Notes: a model not told the origin generated them from the letters alone. A stretch of 10,096 nt of DNA from Campylobacterales bacterium (GCA_038205935.1 JBBRBK010000073.1:1-10096), one strand, 5' to 3'; numbered from the stretch's first letter, positions 1 to 7,327 are shown. Translations and numbers: made by a program.

Positions 1-639
1 CAAAAGTTTTTCAAAATATTCAATTTGTACAACCATGATCCCCGTCATAACCGAAGTACCGTTCATAATCGCAAGCGCTTCTTTTGGTTTAAAAACATAA
101 GGTTCAAGACCGCATTCATGCAACACTTCTGCTGCTGGTCGAATCTTTGAGCGATAAATCACTTCACGCTCTCCTGCTAGCACTGCGGCAATATACGACA
201 GTGGAGTCAAATCACCGCTGGCTCCAACCGAGCCTTTGGATGGAATTGCCGGAAAAATGCCATGTTCAAGGAGTTTTAGCATCGCTTCAAGTAATTCCAT
301 ACTCACCCCAGAATACCCTTTTGAGATACTTATTAATCTCACAAGAACAATATTGAAAATCTCTTTTTCCGAGAGTATATCTCCCACTCCACACCCATGA
401 AAACGATACAGATTAACCTGTAATGTTCGAGCATCTTCGTATGCAAGATAATTTTTTCCTGAATCTCCGTATCCTGTCGTTACTCCGTAGATCGGATTTC
501 CCTCACTAATCTCTTTTAAAAGTAGTGTTTGGGCTGCGGCAATGCGCTCTTTGAATAATGCACCAGTATCCAATAATACCAATGTAGCCTGCGCTACGTT
601 GTCAAAAGGTATAAATTGGTCATTGATAGTAATGGTCAT
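1..639 (-). CDS. MIO-dependent aromatic amino-acid ammonia-lyase (HAL/PAL/TAL family); first 213 codons, continues past the left edge
   Basis: Not in the ORF track. Hand translation from the ATG at 639-637 is open to base 1: MTITINDQFIPFDNVAQ...PIYGVTTGYGDSG...LQVNLYRFHGCGVG...RLISISKGYSGVS...IPSKGSVGASGDLTPLSYIA...KPKEALAIMNGTSVMTG. It has the MIO-forming A140-S141-G142 (214-222), the catalytic-loop Tyr51 in YGVTTGYG, and KEALAIMNGT. An AAGGAG RBS lies at 655-650. Confidence 0.96.
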   Translation of the reverse strand, partial: MTITINDQFIPFDNVAQATLVLLDTGALFKERIAAAQTLLLKEISEGNPIYGVTTGYGDSGKNYLAYEDARTLQVNLYRFHGCGVGDILSEKEIFNIVLVRLISISKGYSGVSMELLEAMLKLLEHGIFPAIPSKGSVGASGDLTPLSYIAAVLAGEREVIYRSKIRPAAEVLHECGLEPYVFKPKEALAIMNGTSVMTGIMVVQIEYFEKLL

Positions 640-656
640 AAATGTGTTTCTCCTTG

Positions 657-1355
657 TTAGTTTAAAATGCCTTTGAGCAAAAAAATGCGTTGCAATACCA
701 GCTTTGTATGCAAAACGATCATATGAAAATTATCTTTCAATTTGTCGAAATGAGTGACACGTGTCTCATCATAAAGCGTTTTAACACCCACTTCACGGAT
801 TTTCCCTCCATTCCATAAAAAATGGACAAGGTTTTCAATTTCAAACTCATAACGGCGTGTTCCTGATGGATACCGTAAAAAATCGATTGGATAAAGGCGA
901 AATCCTGTTTGAGTATCGCTAACCCAAACGCCCGTTTCAACCCATACCCAAAAATTTCCTATTCGTCGTCCAATCACGGATGATTTAGGAGGATTACAAT
1001 TTTCGAAATCTCGTACTCCAATTATCATTTCATTGGAATCTTCACGAAACGTTTCTAAGAATTTAGGGATATCTGTAGCAAAGTGCTGAGCGTCCCCATC
1101 CATCGTTAAGCAAAAACGGTAGCCCATTTCATACGCTTTGAGGGCGCCGCTTCTAAGAGCAACCCCTTTGCCTTGATTGATATCATGATGAACGACTGTG
1201 ACCTCTGAGGATATCAGTGAAGCAACTTCAATATCCGAACCATCATCCACTACAATAATGGGAAGTTTATAGGCAAGTACCTCATCTATCACCCTAGAAA
1301 TCGTTGATGGATTATTGTAAACTGGAATCAGGATGCAAATATTATTCAATTTCAA
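657..1355 (-). CDS. Family 2 glycosyltransferase (DPM-synthase-like GT2)
   Basis: Motifs ILIPVYN, VVDDGSD, NQGKGVAL, MDGDAQH (DxD), DTQTGFRLYP and RYEFEIE. The TTG start is preceded by GAGG and overlaps the upstream gene by 14 bp. Confidence 0.92.
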   Translation of the reverse strand: MKLNNICILIPVYNNPSTISRVIDEVLAYKLPIIVVDDGSDIEVASLISSEVTVVHHDINQGKGVALRSGALKAYEMGYRFCLTMDGDAQHFATDIPKFLETFREDSNEMIIGVRDFENCNPPKSSVIGRRIGNFWVWVETGVWVSDTQTGFRLYPIDFLRYPSGTRRYEFEIENLVHFLWNGGKIREVGVKTLYDETRVTHFDKLKDNFHMIVLHTKLVLQRIFLLKGILN

Positions 1356-1665
1356 GTAAAACCTCGCTGGCAGTTTTTCCTTCTTTGCTCCATATTACTT
1401 TCATTCCCTTTGGGTGTTGTTCGCAGTAAACGAGCAATTGATCATTCGGTCTGAGAGGTTCCATAAATTTCGAACGGATGATTCCAGAAATATGTAAGCA
1501 AAATATTTCAGCGGCGATATCCACTTGCAAAAAAGCAGGAAGAATCGGGTTCCCTTCGAAATGAGCCATAAATACCGGATGAAATTCGGTTGCCAAGACG
1601 ACGGCGGCCAAATTTTCCTCTTTTTTCATATGTGTGTAAAGTTTTTTCGTTAATATGCTATTCAT
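1342..1665 (-). CDS. Hot-dog-fold 3-hydroxyacyl-ACP dehydratase (FabA/FabZ superfamily, ApeI-like)
   Basis: Motif HPVFMAHFEGNPILPAFLQVD matches FxxHFxxxPxxPxxxxxD/E, followed by KFMEPLRP; the protein is only 107 aa. The start is uncertain (1665 or 1629) because there is no clear RBS. Confidence 0.85.
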   Translation of the reverse strand: MNSILTKKLYTHMKKEENLAAVVLATEFHPVFMAHFEGNPILPAFLQVDIAAEIFCLHISGIIRSKFMEPLRPNDQLLVYCEQHPKGMKVIWSKEGKTASEVLLEIE

Positions 1666-1807
1666 AAATTACGATTACTTTCTATAAATTTTTTTTATAT
1701 AGTAATGATACTATAATAAGCTAGTTATTTCTTGGTTATTTTTTGATAAAGTTCAATTATAGTTGCAAAAAATTATCTTTTACGACACATTGGATGAAAG
1801 GATACAA
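1666..1807. promoter_or_regulatory. Divergent promoter region between the dehydratase operon and the deacetylase
   Basis: Very AT-rich. TATAAT on + at 1712-1717 and on - at 1761-1756. Perfect inverted repeat TATAGTA-atga-TACTATA at 1698-1715. Confidence 0.55.
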
Positions 1808-2659
1808 ATGATTAAAAATTTTTTGACGTTTGATATTGAAGAGTGGTTTCATGCAAATTATGAAGGAATCGATCCTTTATCTTACCGCTCCGATGAGACA
1901 AATCTCGAAGCCAATGTCAATCGATTAATTGACGTGTGTGCCGAGTATAATGTCTATTCAACTTGTTTTATATTAGGGGATGTCGCTCGACAAAAACCCC
2001 ACATCGTACGAGCACTTTTCAATGCCGGACACGAAATTGCTTCTCACGGCTGTTCTCATAAACTCATCTATCAAATGCAGCCCGAAGTATTCCGACGTGA
2101 TTTACGTGAATCTGCAGATATTCTTGCGCAAATTACAGGTGAAGCGGTAGTCGGATTTCGAGCTCCTTCATGGTCGATCAAACGCTGCATCATGCCATGG
2201 TTTTATCAAATTTTAGAAGAAGAGGGATTTTTGTATTCTTCCTCTGTCTATCCCGCCAAAAACTCACTGTTTGGAATCGAAAACTTTCCGCAATACCCCC
2301 ACTACCCTACCCAAGCAAGCGTACTAGAGATTCCTCAAAGCGTCATGAACCTTTTTGGAAATCATGTCGGATTTGCAGGGGGAGGCTATCTCCGCTTTTT
2401 TCCGACATGGCTTATTAAACAGATGATCAAGAAGAAAAATCGTGCAGGAGAAAGCGTATTTATTTACCTTCATCCCAGAGAAATTGACCTCTACGCACCA
2501 CGTCTTAAATTGGGACGTATAGATAGCTATTTTCATTATCAAGGGATTGATGGAACTGAACAAAAACTTCAACATCTTATAAAAGAATTTGCCGCTAGTT
2601 TTGTTCGTATGGACACCTATGCTATTGAAATGAATTCAAAAACTATACTAAGACCTTAA
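1808..2659 (+). CDS. Polysaccharide deacetylase (CE4/NodB fold, XrtA/PEP-CTERM-associated DUF3473-like subfamily)
   Basis: Motifs LTFDIEEWFH, HEIASHGCSH, GFRAPSWS, YSSS, GGGYLR and IYLHPREID. I moved the start from TTG 1763 to ATG 1808 because AAGGA lies at 1798-1802 and the domain begins right after it. Confidence 0.9.
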   Translation: MIKNFLTFDIEEWFHANYEGIDPLSYRSDETNLEANVNRLIDVCAEYNVYSTCFILGDVARQKPHIVRALFNAGHEIASHGCSHKLIYQMQPEVFRRDLRESADILAQITGEAVVGFRAPSWSIKRCIMPWFYQILEEEGFLYSSSVYPAKNSLFGIENFPQYPHYPTQASVLEIPQSVMNLFGNHVGFAGGGYLRFFPTWLIKQMIKKKNRAGESVFIYLHPREIDLYAPRLKLGRIDSYFHYQGIDGTEQKLQHLIKEFAASFVRMDTYAIEMNSKTILRP

Positions 2660-3353
2660 GTCGTTTTAGATGATATTTTAACGTAACGAAAGCAAAAAAA
2701 CCACCCAGAGCAATTCCTCCTAGAACATCGTAAAAAACGTGCTGCTTGATTGCCATCGTCGAATAAATAATTCCTATGCACCATAAGATATTAATCCCTA
2801 AAACTATCGAATGCGCACCCATTTGTTTCAACTGTCTGTTCAGCCAAAAGAAGGTAAAAAATGCCGTTGCAACGTGTAAAGAAGGAAATGCATTTCCAGA
2901 CATGTCCGTTGTTTTCAAAAAAGTAAAATCAGGATAAAGGCTCCAATTAATATCAATCTTGGGAACCATTGTAGGAAAAATCATGTAGATTCCTATTCCA
3001 CCAATACAGAGAGCACCTATATAAATTCCGTATTGAAATAGTTCATTTTTAGATTCCATCAATGCTGGTACCAATGAAACATATACCCATAATGAAAGAT
3101 ATAAATAAAGAAACGAAGGGGTAAATCCGACCATTTTATCAACTACGGTATATGGCATCGGGGCAATGTCAAAAAAAGGATTTTTAAGGAGATAAAAATA
3201 AGCAGAAAAAAATGCCCCCATAAAAGCCATTGTCCCTATAGCTTTTATGCACCAATGAACCCACATTCGAATGATGAAATTTTTCCAAAAAGAGGATCCA
3301 TCCGTGTAGTCTTTGTTAGTGCATATATTTATTTTTTTCCATCTCATAAACAT
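2643..3353 (-). CDS. PAP2-superfamily integral membrane protein, Aur1/inositol-phosphorylceramide-synthase-like (PAP2_3)
   Basis: About six hydrophobic segments. Motifs NAFPSLH (about 2874-2894) and STMAIKQHVFYD (about 2727-2762). The start is 3353 or 3347. Confidence 0.85.
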   Translation of the reverse strand: MFMRWKKINICTNKDYTDGSSFWKNFIIRMWVHWCIKAIGTMAFMGAFFSAYFYLLKNPFFDIAPMPYTVVDKMVGFTPSFLYLYLSLWVYVSLVPALMESKNELFQYGIYIGALCIGGIGIYMIFPTMVPKIDINWSLYPDFTFLKTTDMSGNAFPSLHVATAFFTFFWLNRQLKQMGAHSIVLGINILWCIGIIYSTMAIKQHVFYDVLGGIALGGFFAFVTLKYHLKRLKVLV

Positions 3354-3472
3354 ATTGTATAGTATTATCTCTAATCATACACCTACTTTTTTATCCTAAA
3401 CAATACCTTAGCCAAAAAAGACTCTCACATGAACAACCTTTCTTAAAGAACCCATAGCTCAAAGATTGGAGA

Positions 3473-4744
3473 TTATTTGTCTAAATATATTGTTCGAATC
3501 ATCATTGAAATGATAACTGTAACGACTAAGCTACACACAGCAACACTGAGTAAAACATCGGCAATACTCCATCCATAACTCAAAAGTACCATTATTCCCA
3601 CAGCACCAATAACCATAAAGAGCGCGTTTAAAATATTGTTCGCGGCAATAATACGTGAGCGACTTTGGGTGTCACTTTGATTTTGCATCAAGGTATAAAG
3701 CGGTACATTGTACAATCCTCCAAAAACTCCGATCAACACAAGATCAGCTAGGATATGCCAAAACGAGGGATTGGAATTTAAAAGACCAACTGCGTGAAAA
3801 TGTTGTACACCAAACGCAAAATCAATCCCAAACAGTGACATTCCAACCGCACCGATCAAGATCAAAGAGGGACGGACTTTATGATGACTCAACTGTTCAC
3901 ACAAAATCGATCCAACTGCAACACCCACTGTAAAAAGGCTGAGTATCAATGTTACCGTAGCCTCACTTCCCATCAAGATTATTTTGACCAACGCAGGAAA
4001 CTGTGAGAGCAATAATGCCCCGTATAACCAAAACCAAGAGATAGCTAAAATCGAGAGAAATACAATCTGATTTCTTCGTGCTAAAACGATTGATTGAAAG
4101 GTCTGAGCAAAAAAATTGTATGAAAGTGTTAACTCTGGCTGCGATGAAGGAGCACTAGGAATTTGTCGACTTGCGATATAGCCGATACAAGCGATGAACA
4201 TACCTCCAATTCCAGCAATCTCTCCGCCCTTTTCATATCCTGAGAGTATTCCACCGATAATAGTTCCTAGCAAGATAGATGCAAATGTCGCTGATTCTAT
4301 TAAGGCATTACCGTTAATCAACTCTTCGTCATGTAAATGCTGCGGCAAAATAGCATACTTGATTGGGCCAAACAGTGTTGAATGCAGTCCCATGCCAAAG
4401 ATGACGCCTAAAAGTAATCCAAATGAGTGCAATACAAATCCTATAGTCGCAACAAGCATCAGGAGGATCTCAAACAATTTGACATAGCGTGTCAGAGTTG
4501 CTTTGTCATATTTATCCGCTAAGACTCCTGCTAATCCTGACCAGAAGAAAAATGGAGCAATAAAAATAGCACCAACCAATGGAGCCAATAAACCAGCAGA
4601 AATCGATGTCCATTCGGCGGCTTTAAATGTAAGGATAATTGCAAGAGTATTTTTTAAAAGATTGTCATTAAATGCCGCTAAAAACTGAACTACAAAGAGA
4701 GGAGCAAATCTTGAAGTTTTCAGCAGAGAAAATGGATTGCTCAT
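3473..4744 (-). CDS. MFS transporter, lysophospholipid transporter LplT-like
   Basis: Many hydrophobic helices. Motifs QFLAAFNDNLLKN, AGVLADKYDK, LFGPIKYAILPQHL, GNALIESATF and RSRIIAANNILNA. Translationally coupled to aas through a TAATG overlap at 4744. Confidence 0.88.
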   Translation of the reverse strand: MSNPFSLLKTSRFAPLFVVQFLAAFNDNLLKNTLAIILTFKAAEWTSISAGLLAPLVGAIFIAPFFFWSGLAGVLADKYDKATLTRYVKLFEILLMLVATIGFVLHSFGLLLGVIFGMGLHSTLFGPIKYAILPQHLHDEELINGNALIESATFASILLGTIIGGILSGYEKGGEIAGIGGMFIACIGYIASRQIPSAPSSQPELTLSYNFFAQTFQSIVLARRNQIVFLSILAISWFWLYGALLLSQFPALVKIILMGSEATVTLILSLFTVGVAVGSILCEQLSHHKVRPSLILIGAVGMSLFGIDFAFGVQHFHAVGLLNSNPSFWHILADLVLIGVFGGLYNVPLYTLMQNQSDTQSRSRIIAANNILNALFMVIGAVGIMVLLSYGWSIADVLLSVAVCSLVVTVIISMMIRTIYLDK

Positions 4745-6873
4745 TAAGCTTCGCTTGCCATAGTTTTTAGAGTGACATAATCAGTTTTCCCTGTTCCTAG
4801 TAATGGAATCGCATCAATATGAACTATCTTACGGGGAACTGCAATTTCCGGATACCCTTGTGATCTTGCACTCTGAGTAAGAATATCGCGAGCTAATGAT
4901 GGATCTGTCGTAAACAAGACTATCGCCTCTCCACGAAGCTGATCACTCTGAGATGATGCGGCGTGAGAAAATGTTGGAGATGCACTAAGGGCTAATTTTT
5001 CTACAGATTCAAGAGAGATCATTTCCCCTGCAACTTTTGCAAATCGTTTTACACGTCCGACAATGCTAATGAAACCTTCACGATCGATCGTAACGATATC
5101 TCCGGTATCATACCAACCCTCTCCAGCATTTGATACGGGCGGTTCTAGCTCTCCAGGATGCTCTGAGCGATAATATCCGCTCATAACGTTTGCACCCCTT
5201 ACATGTAAGACTCCGCCCTCTTCTATTCCAGCAACGCTTATGAGTTTATACTCAATGCCTGGAAGTAGCTGACCGACAGTTCCACGGCGATATGCCATCG
5301 GGGTATTAACCGCAATGACGGGAGCCGTCTCGGTCGCACCATATCCTTCAAAGATTCGCAGTCCAAATTTATCGCACCATAACTCTCGCACTGAATCAGA
5401 AAGTTTTTCCGCACCGGCGATCACATACCGCAGACGATAAAAATCATATGGATTGGCTCTTTTTGCGTAATTGAATAAAAATGTACTCGTTCCAAGTAAA
5501 ATCGTACATGAGCGATCATAAGCGATCTCTGGAATCACTCGATAATGCAAAGGTGAAGGATACATAAATAGCTTCATTCCACTGAGTATGGGAAGAAGAG
5601 AACCCGCCGTGAGTCCAAAGGAGTGAAAAATCGGCAGAGCATTAAGCATCTTATCATCCGTGGAAAAATCAACAATGGAGCGGATTTGAAAGATATTTGC
5701 CAAAAGAGCTTCATGTGAGAGTACTACCCCTTTTGGCTTTCCTTCCGTGCCTGAGGTAAATAAAATAACCGCGGGAGATTTTGGATCTTGATGAAGATAT
5801 TGTGCACGAATGAAGGAGAAAGAACTCACAAAAATGATGAGTTTATCCCACAGCTTCAACTCGTTTTTGAGCTCTTCAAGATAGATAATTTTAACATTTT
5901 GAAGTGCCTCAAGTTTAGGCGCGAGTCTTGCCTGATCTACAAATGCTTGAGAAGTAATGATAGTTTTGATCTTAGCGCCGATGATTGCATTTTGTAAGCC
6001 ATCTACACCTGCCGTAAAATTCAACATAGCAGGTATGCGTTTTTCTTTGCTAAGTCCTAGTATCAAAGCCAAAGTAGCAACAGCAGTAGGCATCAGCACA
6101 CCGATATCTTCATCTTCTTGACTATAACGCGTCATAAGTCTTCCTAATCCCAAAGAGAGCATCAAAAATTTACGATAAGTGTATTCGATCTGTTTTATAT
6201 CTTCAATGATCTTACGAGATGAGCCGTATAAAGATATGGAATCTAAAAAGCTTCCAAAGAGATCATTCCTTTTACGTGATTCATAGATGCATCGTTGCAT
6301 CAATATACGCATCGCTTCACCTGATTGAGCACGGCGTTCTCGTGATGTTCCCTCTTTTGAGGTCTCAATATGTGTTGCAGGATAATATGTAAGTGTAATT
6401 TGGGGAAACCAGTATTTTGGATGTCCTAAGGGCATATGTGAAAGGTGACTAAAGTTTGCACCTTGAATAATGACAGGAATGACAGAAGCTTCAGCCTTTA
6501 CAGCAACAAAAGCCGAACCTTCATAAATCTTCATCAAACTTCCAGTTGTCGTAATCCTTCCCTCGGGAAAAATAACAACAGGACGACCGCTCTCAACAAG
6601 TCGTATGATTGATTTTATAGCCATCGGTTTAAAAGGATCAATAACGAGGTAATCACTTAGTGACAAAAACATACGAACCCAAAGCTGTTTTGCGATATCA
6701 GCATTGATGATAAAAACAGGAGAAATAGGAAGTACCAAGCCTACGAGTAAACCATCTAAAAATGACTGATGGTTTACGATGATAACTGTATGTTCTTCCT
6801 CTAATTTAAACTCACCTAGCACTTTTACTCGAAATAGTGATCGAACTATAAATGCTAATATCGCTTTAATCAT
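4744..6873 (-). CDS. aas: Bifunctional 2-acyl-GPE acyltransferase / acyl-ACP synthetase
   Basis: N-terminal PlsC-type motifs NHQSFLDG (HxxxxD) and IFPEGR. C-terminal adenylation motifs FTSGTEGKPKG, AGAEKL, EGYGATE, WYDTGD, GRVKRFAK and GTGKTDY. 709 aa, with an AGGAAG RBS upstream. Confidence 0.93.
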   Translation of the reverse strand: MIKAILAFIVRSLFRVKVLGEFKLEEEHTVIIVNHQSFLDGLLVGLVLPISPVFIINADIAKQLWVRMFLSLSDYLVIDPFKPMAIKSIIRLVESGRPVVIFPEGRITTTGSLMKIYEGSAFVAVKAEASVIPVIIQGANFSHLSHMPLGHPKYWFPQITLTYYPATHIETSKEGTSRERRAQSGEAMRILMQRCIYESRKRNDLFGSFLDSISLYGSSRKIIEDIKQIEYTYRKFLMLSLGLGRLMTRYSQEDEDIGVLMPTAVATLALILGLSKEKRIPAMLNFTAGVDGLQNAIIGAKIKTIITSQAFVDQARLAPKLEALQNVKIIYLEELKNELKLWDKLIIFVSSFSFIRAQYLHQDPKSPAVILFTSGTEGKPKGVVLSHEALLANIFQIRSIVDFSTDDKMLNALPIFHSFGLTAGSLLPILSGMKLFMYPSPLHYRVIPEIAYDRSCTILLGTSTFLFNYAKRANPYDFYRLRYVIAGAEKLSDSVRELWCDKFGLRIFEGYGATETAPVIAVNTPMAYRRGTVGQLLPGIEYKLISVAGIEEGGVLHVRGANVMSGYYRSEHPGELEPPVSNAGEGWYDTGDIVTIDREGFISIVGRVKRFAKVAGEMISLESVEKLALSASPTFSHAASSQSDQLRGEAIVLFTTDPSLARDILTQSARSQGYPEIAVPRKIVHIDAIPLLGTGKTDYVTLKTMASEA

Positions 6874-6985
6874 TGAAACTTCCTAGTATGACAAGATGAC
6901 TCTCAAGTGAAATAATATGTATACAATTCCAATCTCTAAATAAAGAGTAAAAGTATAGTACTAAAATCGCACAAATATTACGAGT

Positions 6986-7327
6986 TTAGTCTATAATCTT
7001 GCCATTTTCTTTCACATAATCTATGCCCCATTCAAACATGGCTTGCAACATAGGCTGTAGTTTTAAGCCTATTGGAGTGAGGGAATATACCACTTTAGGT
7101 GGAACCTCTGCGAACACTTCTCTATTAATGATTTTTTTTGCTTCTAGCTCTTTTAATTTTATGGTGAGTGTTTTTTGCGTAATATCACTAATATCTTCAT
7201 GTAACTCTTTAAATCTTTTATCATGTTCAAGTAAATACCAGATAATAGCTAATTTCCATCTATCATTAAAGATATCCATAGTGATAGAAACGGGACATGT
7301 ATACTCTTTATCGTCGATACAATACAT
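6986..7327 (-). CDS. HxlR/DUF24 winged-helix transcriptional regulator
   Basis: Sequence YTCPVSITMDIFNDRWKLAIIWYL...RFKEL...ITQKTLTIKLKELE...EVPPKVVYSLT, with the N-terminal CP Cys11 and an AAGGA RBS. Confidence 0.95.
   Translation of the reverse strand: MYCIDDKEYTCPVSITMDIFNDRWKLAIIWYLLEHDKRFKELHEDISDITQKTLTIKLKELEAKKIINREVFAEVPPKVVYSLTPIGLKLQPMLQAMFEWGIDYVKENGKIID

Noticed and set aside
147..356. 69-aa + strand ORF
   Set aside because: It is antisense to the motif-rich ammonia-lyase and has no recognisable features.
1..639. Calling the lyase hutH
   Set aside because: It lacks the Ser-His dyad of canonical HAL, and the visible context is biosynthetic rather than hut.
737..940. 67-aa alternative-frame ORF
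   Set aside because: It is nested in the GT2 gene and has no motif.
1689..1696. T8 tract and other A/T runs as phase-variation sites
   Set aside because: They are short and expected at this AT content. There are no poly-G/C tracts and no frameshifted genes.
1763..1807. TTG-initiated N-terminal extension of the deacetylase
   Set aside because: There is no RBS before 1763, whereas AAGGA precedes ATG 1808.
2170..2575. ORFs 2170-2418 (+) and 2324-2575 (-)
   Set aside because: They are shadow frames inside the deacetylase.
3408..3455. Minus-strand 15-codon ORF MGSLRKVVHVRVFFG between the MFS and PAP2 genes
   Set aside because: It has no RBS and no leader-peptide or attenuator features, so it is probably chance.
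3655..5997. + strand ORFs 3655-3933, 4194-4487, 4503-4688 and 5788-5997
   Set aside because: They are antisense shadows of the MFS and aas genes.
4744..6873. Aas adenylation domain as an NRPS or as the aryl-starter ligase
   Set aside because: There are no carrier or condensation domains, the architecture and length match ordinary Aas, and nothing in the sequence indicates aryl-acid specificity.
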